A stretch of 32,000 nt of DNA, from contig FP565575.1 of the NCBI GenBank assembly GCA_000091165.1, positions 60,001-92,000 on the forward strand, written 5' to 3'. Source of the DNA: Candidatus Methylomirabilis oxygeniifera (lineage in GTDB: Bacteria > Methylomirabilota > Methylomirabilia > Methylomirabilales > Methylomirabilaceae). The notes beneath the pieces were generated by a model. That model saw only the letters and a list, made by a program, of their open reading frames with translations, did no database searches and was not told where the DNA came from. Positions 1-8,839 of this stretch are shown here, one piece after another (positions within the stretch are counted from its first letter, which is position 1; each line of letters begins with the position of its first letter). A program made the position numbers and the translations under genes.

Positions 1-1146
1 GCCAAACTGGTTGATGCCCCGTTTATCAAGGTGGAGGCCAGCAAGTACACCGAAGTAGGCTACGTCGGACGCGACGTCGAATCGATGGTGCGGGATCTGA
101 CCGAACTGGCGGTGGATATGGTGAAGGCGGAAAGAATCAAGGGGGTCCAGGAGCGGGCGAGGGAGCTGGCAGAAGAGCGGCTCCTGGATCTGCTGTTGCC
201 CGTCAGCAGGATGCCGACAACCCCCGGCGTCGAGCAAACCTTGGACGCGAGCACAGTCACCTCGGCGGCAGAGACTCGCGAAAAACTCAGGAAGCGGCTG
301 CACGAGGGGAAGCTGGACGACCGCACTGTAGAGTTAGAGGTCAAGGATCGCGCGATGCCGATGGTGGAGATTTTCAGCGGCGCCGGCATGGAGGGGATGG
401 ACATCAATATGAAGGAGATGCTGGGGAGCCTGTTGCCCCAGCGGACCAAGCGACGCAAGGTCAAGATTCGGGAAGCCCAGCGGATTCTTGCCCAGGAAGA
501 GGCCGATAAGCTGATCGATGTGGACGAGGTAAGGTCGGAAGCGGTTCGCCGCGTCGAGGACTCCGGAATCGTCTTCCTGGATGAGATCGATAAGATCGCC
601 GGTCGCGATTCGGGTCACGGCCCGGATGTTTCGCGCCAGGGTGTGCAACGCGACCTTTTACCGATTGTCGAGGGGTGCACGGTCAACACCAAGTATGGCC
701 TGGTACGGACCGATCACATCCTGTTTATTGCAGCCGGCGCGTTCCATGTCTCCAAACCGTCGGACCTGATTCCGGAGTTGCAGGGGCGCTTCCCGCTACG
801 TGTAGAACTGGCCAGTCTTACACAAGATGACTTCGTCAGGATCCTTACAGAGCCGCAAAATGCCCTGATCAAGCAGTATACCGCGCTTCTGGAGACAGAG
901 GAGGTCACGCTGGACTTTACCGAAGATGCCATTCAGGAGCTTGCGGCTACCGCATGCGCCGTCAATCAGGCGACTGAGAATATCGGTGCCCGCCGCTTGT
1001 ACACCATTCTGGAGCGGCTGCTGGATGAAATCTCGTTTGAGGCGCCTGCCATGCAAGGAGCCCAGGTGACGATCAATGCTGCGTATGTTCGTGAGCGGCT
1101 TCAGGAGATCGTCAAGAGCGAGGACCTGAGCCGTTATATTCTGTAA
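1..1146 (+). CDS. hslU: ATP-dependent protease ATPase subunit HslU, C-terminal part (5' truncated by window)
   Basis: The reading frame is open from base 1 ([33 protein letters not shown]...). It has Walker [12 protein letters not shown], the typical insertion domain, and the characteristic C-terminus [24 protein letters not shown]...DLSRYIL. Confidence 0.97.
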   Translation, partial: AKLVDAPFIKVEASKYTEVGYVGRDVESMVRDLTELAVDMVKAERIKGVQERARELAEERLLDLLLPVSRMPTTPGVEQTLDASTVTSAAETREKLRKRLHEGKLDDRTVELEVKDRAMPMVEIFSGAGMEGMDINMKEMLGSLLPQRTKRRKVKIREAQRILAQEEADKLIDVDEVRSEAVRRVEDSGIVFLDEIDKIAGRDSGHGPDVSRQGVQRDLLPIVEGCTVNTKYGLVRTDHILFIAAGAFHVSKPSDLIPELQGRFPLRVELASLTQDDFVRILTEPQNALIKQYTALLETEEVTLDFTEDAIQELAATACAVNQATENIGARRLYTILERLLDEISFEAPAMQGAQVTINAAYVRERLQEIVKSEDLSRYIL

Positions 1147-1172
1147 GGCAGCGATCAGCAATCAGCTACCAG

Positions 1173-2114
1173 GTGAAATCGTTGCAACCAGTGGAGTGGA
1201 TGGTGGGGCAGCGGAAGACGTTAGAGGTCCGGCGCGGAATCGATAAGGCAAATGTCCTGATCGAGGCGCTGCCGTACATCAAGACATTTGCCGGGAAGAC
1301 GGTCGTCATCAAGTACGGCGGCGCGGCGATGACGGATGAGGCGCTCAAGCGGTCGGTGGCGCTGGACGTCATTCTCATGCGATACGTCGGGATGCAACCG
1401 GTTGTTGTCCACGGCGGCGGCCCTGAGATCAGCAGGGCGATGGAGCGGGCAGGACTGAAGCCGACCTTTATCTCCGGATTTCGGGTGACCGACCGGGAGA
1501 CGATGAAGATCGTTGAGATGGTGATGGTGGGCCAGATCAATCAGGAACTGGTGGCGCTTATCAACAGCAGCGGCGGGTCGGCCGTCGGCCTTTCAGGCAA
1601 GGACGGCGGGTTGATCCGGGCGAAGAAGGCCGGTCCGGCTGCGGCCGCTGAGCCTCCAACTGGTGCGGCCGAGCCGCAGATCGATCTGGGGTTTGTTGGC
1701 GAGATTGTTGCTGTTGACGAACGGGTTCTACTTGCCCTGGAGCGCGACGGATTCACGCCGGTGGTGGCCCCAACCGGCGTCGATGAGGCGGGCGTGACAT
1801 ACAACATCAATGCCGATCTGGCGGCCGGCGCAATCGCGTCGGCCCTGCAAGCGGAAAAGCTCATCTTCCTGACCGACACCGACGGTATTCTGGACAAGGA
1901 TGACGCCCTTATTCCTACGCTGAACAGGCACAGGGTGGAGCAACTTATCGCCGATGGCGTCATCTCGGGGGGGATGCTGCCAAAGGTTCAGGCCTGTCTG
2001 ACGGCGTTGGACAAAGGGGTTGAGAAGACGCATATCGTCAACGGCACCATTCCCCATGCCCTTCTGCTGGAGTTTTTCACATCGGAGGGGGTCGGTACGG
2101 AGATCGTGGCGTAG
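1173..2114 (+). CDS. argB: Acetylglutamate kinase (start could instead be ATG at 1200)
   Basis: KTVVIKYGGAAM, VHGGGPEIS, NINADLAAGAIASALQAEKLIFLTDTDGI and GGMLPKVQACLTAL are ArgB signatures. Confidence 0.96.
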   Translation: MKSLQPVEWMVGQRKTLEVRRGIDKANVLIEALPYIKTFAGKTVVIKYGGAAMTDEALKRSVALDVILMRYVGMQPVVVHGGGPEISRAMERAGLKPTFISGFRVTDRETMKIVEMVMVGQINQELVALINSSGGSAVGLSGKDGGLIRAKKAGPAAAAEPPTGAAEPQIDLGFVGEIVAVDERVLLALERDGFTPVVAPTGVDEAGVTYNINADLAAGAIASALQAEKLIFLTDTDGILDKDDALIPTLNRHRVEQLIADGVISGGMLPKVQACLTALDKGVEKTHIVNGTIPHALLLEFFTSEGVGTEIVA

Positions 2115-3314
2115 ATGTCGGCGACCGATGAATTAATGGCGCAGGCGGCTCGCTGGCTGGCCAACACTTATGCCCGCTTTCCGGTGGCGCTGGTGAAGGG
2201 CAGCGGTGTGCGGGTCTGGGACGCTGAGGGCAAGGCGTATCTCGACTTCGCAGCCGGTATCGCCGTGGATGTCCTGGGTCACTGCCACCCCAAGGTGGTG
2301 GAAGCTATCAGGGTGCAGGCCGAGACGCTGCTGCACGTCTCGAACCTCTACTATATTGAGCCGCAGGTTCGATTGGCCCGCGCGCTGAGCGAACAGTCGT
2401 TTGGCGGCAAGGTCTTCTTCTGCAATAGCGGGGCGGAGGCGAATGAGGCGGCCATCAAACTGGCTCGCCGCTATGCCAAGGCGCGGTGGAGTTCCGACCG
2501 ATACGAGATCGTCTGCATGCGGGACTCGTTCCATGGCCGGACGATGGCCACAGTGACCGCCACCGGTCAGGCCAAGTACAGCCAGGGTTTTGAGCCGCTC
2601 CTGCCGGGCTTCAAGCATATCCCGTTCAACGATCTGCCGGCGGCGGAGCGGGCGATCGACTCCCGGACCTGTGCTGTGCTGGTAGAGCCGATTCAGGGCG
2701 AGGGGGGCGTGAGAGTCCCGGACGACGACTACCTGCCTGGCCTTCGACAACTCTGTTCGGAGCGGGAGGTCCTCCTGATGCTGGATGAGGTCCAGACAGG
2801 GATGGGGCGGACCGGGCGCCTCTTCGCCTATGAGCACTCCGGAATCGAACCCGACGTCATGACGCTCGCCAAGGGGTTGGGCGGGGGACTGCCGATCGGC
2901 GCCATGATCGCAAAGGAGACCGTTGCTGATGCCTTTGTACCGGGCAGTCACGCGTCGACCTTCGGCGGTAACCCGTTTGTGGCGACCGTGGCCGTGGCTG
3001 TTCTGACTGAGATCCTCGACGCGCAGTTGCCGGGGCACGCGGCAAAGATCGGCGCCTATTTCCTCGAACGCCTGCAGCAACTGGCTACGCGATGCCCTAT
3101 TGTGAAAGAGGCGCGCGGCAGGGGACTGATGCTCGCATTGGAGCTGACGGTACCCGCGAAACCGATCGTCGAACGCTGCCTTGAGCGCGGCCTGCTGATT
3201 CTGGTTGCGGGAGACCAGGTCCTGCGTTTCGTGCCGCCGCTGATTATCGGCGAGGTTGAGGTCGATGAGGCGATACGTATTCTCGATCTGGCTCTGACGG
3301 AGAAATCGTCATGA
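2115..3314 (+). CDS. argD: Acetylornithine aminotransferase
   Basis: Class III aminotransferase: FCNSGAEANEAAIKLARRY, LDEVQTGMGRTGRLFAYEHSGIEPDVMTLAKGLGGGLPIGAM. It abuts the argB stop codon. Confidence 0.96.
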   Translation: MSATDELMAQAARWLANTYARFPVALVKGSGVRVWDAEGKAYLDFAAGIAVDVLGHCHPKVVEAIRVQAETLLHVSNLYYIEPQVRLARALSEQSFGGKVFFCNSGAEANEAAIKLARRYAKARWSSDRYEIVCMRDSFHGRTMATVTATGQAKYSQGFEPLLPGFKHIPFNDLPAAERAIDSRTCAVLVEPIQGEGGVRVPDDDYLPGLRQLCSEREVLLMLDEVQTGMGRTGRLFAYEHSGIEPDVMTLAKGLGGGLPIGAMIAKETVADAFVPGSHASTFGGNPFVATVAVAVLTEILDAQLPGHAAKIGAYFLERLQQLATRCPIVKEARGRGLMLALELTVPAKPIVERCLERGLLILVAGDQVLRFVPPLIIGEVEVDEAIRILDLALTEKSS

Positions 3315-4246
3315 AAAAGGATCTTCTGTCGATCAGTGACCTGACGGTCTCCGAGATCGACTCACTATTTTTCCTGGCCGCTGATCTGAAGGCGCAGCAG
3401 CGCAAAGGGGTGGCCCACCCACTGTTGCCCGGTAAGACACTGGGCATGATCTTCGAGAAGCCATCACTCAGGACTCGAGTCACCTTTGAGGTCGGGATGG
3501 CCCAGTTGGGCGGCCGCGCCATCTATTTGGCGCCCGCCGAGATCCAGCTTGGGGTACGGGAGACCGTCAAGGATGTGGCGAAGAATCTCGAGCGATGGGT
3601 TGATGGGATTATCGCGCGAACCTTCGCCCACCGGACCGTGGAGGAACTGGCCGCTCATGCGGCGGTCCCGGTCATCAACGGGCTGAGCGACCTGACTCAC
3701 CCATGCCAGATTCTTGCGGATCTCTTTACCCTTCAGGAAAAGTGCGGCACGCTGCACGGCGTGAAGGTCGCCTACATCGGTGACGGCAATAACGTCTGTC
3801 ATTCATGGCTGTACGGCGCGGCGAGGACCGGCATCGAGCTGCACGTGGCCTGCCCCAAAGGGTACGAGCCGGACGCTGGTATCGTGGCTGCCTCTCGGCA
3901 GGAGGCTGAAGCCGCCGGTGGGCGCATTACCTTGCTGAACGATGCGAGGGCTGCGGCGGAGAGGGCTGATGTCCTGTATACCGATGTCTGGACCAGCATG
4001 GGCCAGGAGACAGAGACGGCGAAGCGGCGGCATGACTTCCGAGGATTTCAGGTCAATGCAGCACTGGTCCGACTGGCCAAACCCGACGTCCTGGTCATGC
4101 ATTGCCTGCCGGCCCACCGCGGCGAAGAGATTACCGACGAGGTCCTCGACGGCCCGCATTCCATCGTCTACGACGAGGCTGAGAACCGACTGCATGTACA
4201 GAAGGCTATCCTGGTGACGCTGTTGGGTCACCGGTCCACGGTTTGA
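3311..4246 (+). CDS. argF: Ornithine carbamoyltransferase
   Basis: EKPSLRTRVTFEVGMAQLGG, HPCQILADL and VLMHCLPAHRGEEITDEV are present. Start overlaps the argD stop (ATGA). Confidence 0.96.
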   Translation: MKKDLLSISDLTVSEIDSLFFLAADLKAQQRKGVAHPLLPGKTLGMIFEKPSLRTRVTFEVGMAQLGGRAIYLAPAEIQLGVRETVKDVAKNLERWVDGIIARTFAHRTVEELAAHAAVPVINGLSDLTHPCQILADLFTLQEKCGTLHGVKVAYIGDGNNVCHSWLYGAARTGIELHVACPKGYEPDAGIVAASRQEAEAAGGRITLLNDARAAAERADVLYTDVWTSMGQETETAKRRHDFRGFQVNAALVRLAKPDVLVMHCLPAHRGEEITDEVLDGPHSIVYDEAENRLHVQKAILVTLLGHRSTV

Positions 4247-4328
4247 GGTGTCGAGTGCGGCTCCCGGGAGACCGGCACAGAGATTGGTTTGATCACCCTT
4301 CTTCTGCGGGAGGGGGTGGAGGGGAGGG

Positions 4329-4577
4329 GTGAAGGTGACGGATTGGAAAGAACGCATTTCGATAGATCCTAACGTCTGCCACGGGAAACCCTGCATTAAG
4401 GGAACCAGAATTTGGGTGTCCTTGATCGTGGATAACTTGGCGTTCGGTTCAAGCGAAGAAGAGATCTTTGAAGCATACCCGTCGCTGACAAGAGAAGATA
4501 TCAGGGCCGCGCTTGCCTACGCCGCCGAAATGGCGAGAGAGCGGTACGTGGACATCCCAATTAAACAAACCGCGTGA
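4329..4577 (+). CDS. DUF433 family small protein, predicted antitoxin
   Basis: Typical DUF433 sequence: RISIDPNVCHGKPCIKGTRIWVSLIVDNLA...YPSLTREDIRAALAYAAEMARER. Confidence 0.88.
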   Translation: MKVTDWKERISIDPNVCHGKPCIKGTRIWVSLIVDNLAFGSSEEEIFEAYPSLTREDIRAALAYAAEMARERYVDIPIKQTA

Positions 4578-4584
4578 AACTCGC

Positions 4585-4959
4585 GTGAAAATCAAACTTG
4601 ATGAATGCGTGGATGCCCGCCACGCCGAGTTCCTGCGCCAGGCGGGTCACGAAACCACGACGGTTCGGGATCAAGGGCTTCTCGGGGCAGCCGACACTGC
4701 GCTCTACGAGCACTGCACGTTGGAGGACCATATCCTGGTGACTCTTGATCTGGATTTTTCCGATGTGCTCCGCTTCCCTCCCGAACGAACTCCCGGCTTG
4801 GTGGTTCTCCGCGGTCCTAACGATCTCTTCCACACCGTGCGGATTCTCGTCCATACCTTGGCCAACGCCCTTACGTGGAATACGCCAACAGGTCGTCTCT
4901 GGATTGTCGAACCTGGCCGTCTCAGGGTTCACGAACCGGCCTATGAAGCTGACGAGTGA
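4585..4959 (+). CDS. DUF5615 / Mut7-C-like PIN-fold protein, predicted toxin partner of DUF433
   Basis: KIKLDECVDARHAEFLRQAGHETTTVRDQGLLGAAD...LVTLDLDFSDVLRFPPERTPGLVVLR. GTG start at 4585, 7 nt after the DUF433 stop. The upstream part of the ORF-track entry (from 4513) overlaps DUF433 and is unlikely to be coding. Confidence 0.85.
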   Translation: MKIKLDECVDARHAEFLRQAGHETTTVRDQGLLGAADTALYEHCTLEDHILVTLDLDFSDVLRFPPERTPGLVVLRGPNDLFHTVRILVHTLANALTWNTPTGRLWIVEPGRLRVHEPAYEADE

Positions 4960-4960
4960 G

Positions 4961-4998
4961 CTTCCGTAGACCGTCAGACCAAAACAGACGGTAGGAAG
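4961..4998 (+). terminator. Inverted repeat just after the DUF5615 stop, possible transcript end
   Basis: Arms are CTTCC(4961-4965)/GGAAG(4994-4998) outside and ACCGTC(4970-4975)/GACGGT(4987-4992) inside. There is no U-tract. Confidence 0.4.
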
Positions 4999-5059
4999 AT
5001 GTCGGTCGAGTAGCAGAGTAGCAACTCTACACGACAACACAAATCTCAAACAGTTTGTC

Positions 5060-5084
5060 ATTCCGGGCTTGACGCGGAATCCAG
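5060..5084. repeat. Short REP-like palindromic intergenic sequence
   Basis: GTCATTCCGGGCTTGACGCGGAATCCAG with arms ATTCCG (5060-5065) and CGGAAT (5075-5080). It resembles the common 'GTCATTCCCGC..GCGGGAATCCAG' type of intergenic sequence. Confidence 0.5.
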
Positions 5085-5159
5085 TGTCTTTCTAAATTCC
5101 CGCCTTTTCAGAAGTAACGATTATTGTTGTGATTTGTAACCCTACATCAGTAGTGTCCA

Positions 5160-6278
5160 ATGTTTGAGACTTGGCTCGATACTAATGTTGTTCGCCGATG
5201 GAATCTGCGGTTAAACACTGCTGAAGCCCGCAAGTTCTTCAAGTACGTTCAGGACTTCAAGCTTAAGATCTTTCTGCCTGAGGTAGTCCTCCGTGAGCTA
5301 GTGCAGAATTATGCGGATGAAGCATCGGAGTGCCGCCGAAAACAGAATGAGTTAAAGAAATCTTTGGCGAAACTCGGATTCTCAGTTGACGAGGGAAAAG
5401 GGGATGCCGTTCCAGGTAACCTTGATGACTACTTCCACAATCTCTTAACCCACCAGTGCGCTGAGAAATCGATCACAGTAGTTCCTCTCAGCAAGGTACC
5501 CGTAGAGCGCCTCCTCGACATGGCTATCAAACGCATTGCTCCTTTCCAACAAAAGGGAGAGCGTGGTTTTCGAGATGCTCTCATTCTTTTCTGCCTCCTG
5601 GAGCACACTCGACAGCCTAAGCAGGGTCCGGTATTCCTGGTATCAGAGGATAAAGTCTTCAAGGAAGAAAGCATCGGCGTTCTAGCGGCAGAGTACGGTG
5701 TCGATCTCGCTGTGTATGAGTCAGTCGATACCTTCACAACTTTTTTAGACACTCTGCGCGATCAATTAATCCAGGGAATGAAGCGGAAACAAGCAGAACG
5801 AGTCCGCGCCTTTCTGCGCGAGCACACAGACGAAATTAAGCGCTTTATTCAGGAGAATGCTGAGTTCGAGGAGGCGTTCCTGTCTGGTGGGCTGTTCTCT
5901 GGTGCGCCATACCTCGGGACGATTCGCCGCGTCGGGAACATTGTGCTTAAGGACATTGCCAAAGTCACGACCATCCAAGAGGACTCCGGTGAACAAGGCA
6001 TCGTCACTGTTCTTATCACCTTCGAGGTGCGCTTAGAGATAGAGCTAGAGACCGAAAAACTATGGGTTCCGGAGGAGCCCAAACGATATCGAGTCGGGCA
6101 GGAGGTTGAACAAATAATCCCTATTTTCAGGCCACAGCTACAAATGACGCGAGTAAACCGTGCAGTGGTCTGCGAGGCAGTCGCCAAAGAGCGGACGGAA
6201 GATAACAGGCTTAGCGATCTGCAATTGAAAGAGGTTAAGCTCCGGGCGAATCCCTTCGAGGCACTGAGGGTACCATGA
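5160..6278 (+). CDS. PIN-like (DUF4935-type) domain protein with a ~120 aa uncharacterised C-terminal region
   Basis: N-terminus WLDTNVVRRWN...FLPEVVLRELVQ; middle GERGFRDALILFCLLEHTR...VFLVSEDKVF. This matches the acidic-residue layout of PIN-like nucleases. Confidence 0.7.
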   Translation: MFETWLDTNVVRRWNLRLNTAEARKFFKYVQDFKLKIFLPEVVLRELVQNYADEASECRRKQNELKKSLAKLGFSVDEGKGDAVPGNLDDYFHNLLTHQCAEKSITVVPLSKVPVERLLDMAIKRIAPFQQKGERGFRDALILFCLLEHTRQPKQGPVFLVSEDKVFKEESIGVLAAEYGVDLAVYESVDTFTTFLDTLRDQLIQGMKRKQAERVRAFLREHTDEIKRFIQENAEFEEAFLSGGLFSGAPYLGTIRRVGNIVLKDIAKVTTIQEDSGEQGIVTVLITFEVRLEIELETEKLWVPEEPKRYRVGQEVEQIIPIFRPQLQMTRVNRAVVCEAVAKERTEDNRLSDLQLKEVKLRANPFEALRVP

Positions 6279-6304
6279 GTAGCGGGCAGATGAAGGGAGG
6301 TGGC

Positions 6305-6543
6305 ATGACCGTCCAGCGGGCTACGGCAGAGGCTTCCTGACAGCGTTCAAGGCGCTCTCCAAGCAGGAGCAGGAGGTCATCCTCAGCCGAGTCGCGGAGG
6401 ATCGGAAGCTCCGTCGACTGCTTGAGGATATTATAGACCAGCTCGCCATCAAGGAGGAACGGGGCAAACCCTCCAGACCCCTTCGAGAGTATATCAAGGA
6501 TCGTGAGCGGAAAGAGCAAGAAAGGGCCGGGCCGAGGAGGTGA
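6305..6543 (+). pseudogene. RelB-like antitoxin disrupted by an apparent 1-nt frameshift
   Basis: Frame 1 reads MTVQRATAEAS* (stop 6338-6340). A -1 shift at GCTTCC restores MTVQRATAEA/FLTAFKALSKQEQEVILSRVAEDRKLRRLLEDIIDQLAIKEERGKPSRPLREYIKDRERKEQERAGPRR*, ending at 6543 and overlapping the toxin ATG. Confidence 0.7.
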
Positions 6544-6734
6544 TGGCTTATACTGTTCGGCTCAAGCCCAGAGCGGAGCACGATTTGGATCGGCTCCCTC
6601 TCCCGGTGGCAGGACGAGTCGCAAGGGCGATGATCACCCGCGGGGTCTCTCGGCAAAGCGGGGCGTTTGTACAGCCGAAAGGACGAGGGAGCCTGACGTT
6701 GAGCCAGCCTCAACAATGTATGGAAATGTCTTGA
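6543..6734 (+). pseudogene. RelE-family toxin remnant, truncated after ~30 residues
   Basis: MAYTVRLKPRAEHDLDRLPLPVAGRVARAM is a normal RelE N-terminus. The rest (ITRGVSRQSGAFVQPKGRG...) lacks the expected WRIRVGDYRVIY core. Confidence 0.65.
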
Positions 6735-6740
6735 AAATTC

Positions 6741-6767
6741 ACCATTGGATGGTAGAATATCTACCAT
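6741..6767. promoter_or_regulatory. Overlapping dyads at the start of the ATPase gene, candidate operator
   Basis: ACCAT-TGG-ATGGT (6741-6753) overlaps ATGGTAGA-ATA-TCTACCAT (6749-6767). The ATPase ATG (6766-6768) lies at the right edge of the second arm. Confidence 0.4.
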
Positions 6768-8028
6768 GCTGAGGCGGCATCTCCAGCAAATGGTAGAGCG
6801 GTCCCTGGCTGACTTCCCGGTGGTGCTCATCACCGGGGCCCGCCAGGTGGGCAAGTCCACGCTTGCTCAGGCCCTCATCACCCAAGACTGGCGGGCTGCC
6901 TACCTGACCTTGGACGACCGGACGGTACTGGACGCCGCCCTGAACGATCCTGAGGGCTTTCTGGTGGCGAATCCCACTCCGCTGGTCATTGATGAGGTGC
7001 AGCGAGCCCCCGATCTCCTCCGGGCCATCAAGCGGTGGGTGGATCGCGAACGGAAGAGCGGCCAGTTCCTGTTGACCGGCTCGGCCAACCTGATGACCCT
7101 CCGAACTGTCAGCGAGTCGCTGGCGGGACGGGTCGCGCTGCACCATCTCTTTCCCTTCTCCTGGGCTGAACGGCTCGGCCGCGGAGTGTCGCCCTTTCTG
7201 GGTGAGCTGTTCGAGGTGGACGACGCCAGGGTCCTGCTGAAGAGGTGGCGGAGACGCGATCGGCCGGCTACGGATCTCGTGGATGCCATCCTGTGGGGCG
7301 GCTATCCCCCAGCGAGCCTCATGCGATCCGCAGCAAGCCGCCGCCGATGGTTCGATAGCTATCGGCAGACCTATCTGGAACGCGACCTCCGGGACCTGGC
7401 GAACATCCAATACCTGACGGACTTCGGCCGCCTGTTGATCCTTACTGCGATCCGTACCGGCCAGACGATCAACATGGCGGCTTTTTCTCGGGAGCTTGGC
7501 CTCTCCCAGATGACCCTCAAACGGTACCTTGACCTCTTGGTCCTGACTTACCAGGTGTCCATGGTCCCTGCCTACCACGTCAATGTGGGCCTGCGCCTGG
7601 TGAAGACACCCAAGCTTTACGTCACCGATACCGGACTGGCGTGCCACCTGAGCGGGACGAGAGATTGGGTCACGTTGGAGCGACAGGGGCGCGTAGGGGC
7701 TTTGGTGGAGACCTGGGTGGCCAACGAGCTGGACAAGTGGATCGCCTGCCAGGAGGATGACTACCGGCTCTACTTCTGGCGCACACACACGGGTCAGGAG
7801 GTGGATTTCCTTCTGGTACGAGGAGAAGAGATTGTTGCCATCGAAGTCAAAGCAACCACCAAAGTAGAACGGGGCGACCTGGCTGGGATCGAGGCGTGTG
7901 AGCGGGCTCTCGGGGATCGGGTCCGCTTCTCGGTCGTGCTGTATCGAGGCGAGCAGGTGCTGGGGCTTGGACCGCGCCGCCTGGCGGTTCCCCTTGAGAC
8001 GGCGTTCCTGGGTGGGGTCAGGACATGA
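6766..8028 (+). CDS. AAA (AAA_14) ATPase with C-terminal DUF4143
   Basis: VVLITGARQVGKSTLAQAL (Walker A), TPLVIDEVQRAPDLL (Walker B), LLTGSANLM, SYLERDLRDLANI-type region, RVGALVETWVANEL and FYWRTHTGQEVDFLL. Confidence 0.93.
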   Translation: MLRRHLQQMVERSLADFPVVLITGARQVGKSTLAQALITQDWRAAYLTLDDRTVLDAALNDPEGFLVANPTPLVIDEVQRAPDLLRAIKRWVDRERKSGQFLLTGSANLMTLRTVSESLAGRVALHHLFPFSWAERLGRGVSPFLGELFEVDDARVLLKRWRRRDRPATDLVDAILWGGYPPASLMRSAASRRRWFDSYRQTYLERDLRDLANIQYLTDFGRLLILTAIRTGQTINMAAFSRELGLSQMTLKRYLDLLVLTYQVSMVPAYHVNVGLRLVKTPKLYVTDTGLACHLSGTRDWVTLERQGRVGALVETWVANELDKWIACQEDDYRLYFWRTHTGQEVDFLLVRGEEIVAIEVKATTKVERGDLAGIEACERALGDRVRFSVVLYRGEQVLGLGPRRLAVPLETAFLGGVRT

Positions 8029-8104
8029 TGTGACGTTCTTACGGACTCGATGGGGCGGGCATCGCATGGCCGGTGCAGGATGATTTCGCGACTCGGATGA
8101 CGTG

Positions 8105-8815
8105 ATGGCTGGAAAGGAAAGGATGCAGCAGGCGCGGGAGGCCAAGAACTATGTAGCAGGGCATCGGGAGCGGCTGCGGGCTCGCTACCGGCTGAGCGGC
8201 GAGGTTGCGCTCCAGGATTACGAGCTCTTGGAACTCCTCCTGACCTATGCTATTCCCAGACGCGACACCAAGCTGCTCGCCAAGAGGCTCCTGGAACGAT
8301 TCGGCACGCTTGCCCGCGTCGTTGAAGCTGAGCCGGCAGCCCTGGAAGCAATAGACGGGATGGGGCCACAAGCGGCGACTCTCATCTCCTTGATCCGGCC
8401 ACTCGCCACGCGGTTCCTGACGGAAGCGCCAGCGCCAAAGATCCTCCTCAGATCCACTGGCGACGCGGAGGCCTATTTTCAGGCCAAGCTGAAAGGTCTG
8501 CCGGAAGAGGAAGTCCATGTCGCGTTCGTGAATTCGAAAAACGCGGTGACGGCCACCGAGTGCCTGCAGCGCGGGACGGTCGATCAGTCAGTTGTGTACG
8601 TTAGGAAGGTGATCGAGCGCGCCTTGGTGCATAAGGCCAGCGGTTTTCTTCTGGCCCATAATCACCCCAGCGGTGACCCCACGCCGTCTCCCCAGGACCG
8701 GGAGATCACCCAGGCGTTGAAGACCGCCGCGGCGACCGTTGGTGTGCGCTTCCTCGACCACCTGGTCATCGGTGATGGTGCTCCGTTTAGCTTTAAGGCG
8801 GTAGGTCTGTTGTAG
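8105..8815 (+). CDS. RadC-family (UPF0758, HhH + JAB/MPN) protein
   Basis: LQDYELLELLLTYAIPRRDTKLLAKRLLERFG, IDGMGPQAATLI, and JAB motif LLAHNHPSGDPTPSPQDREITQALK. Confidence 0.93.
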   Translation: MAGKERMQQAREAKNYVAGHRERLRARYRLSGEVALQDYELLELLLTYAIPRRDTKLLAKRLLERFGTLARVVEAEPAALEAIDGMGPQAATLISLIRPLATRFLTEAPAPKILLRSTGDAEAYFQAKLKGLPEEEVHVAFVNSKNAVTATECLQRGTVDQSVVYVRKVIERALVHKASGFLLAHNHPSGDPTPSPQDREITQALKTAAATVGVRFLDHLVIGDGAPFSFKAVGLL

Positions 8816-8839
8816 GTCTTACAAGGCTGGAGTTGGTAT

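Noticed and set aside
2846-2870. tRNA T-arm-like string (TCCGGAATCGAACCCGA) that might mark a tRNA gene
   Set aside because: It is in-frame argD coding sequence (HSGIEPDV), with no cloverleaf or acceptor stem around it.
2133-3080. 315-aa minus-strand ORF antisense to argD
   Set aside because: Shadow ORF over conserved argD; low-complexity H/R/P-rich sequence.
6540-6734. Functional RelE toxin
   Set aside because: Only the N-terminal ~30 residues resemble RelE. The catalytic core and C-terminus are absent in all three frames as far as I can read.
6739-8145. 468-aa minus-strand ORF (largest antisense ORF)
   Set aside because: It lies fully antisense to the clear AAA/DUF4143 ATPase. Its composition (many P/R/Q/H) is typical of spurious GC-rich shadow ORFs, with no recognisable motif.
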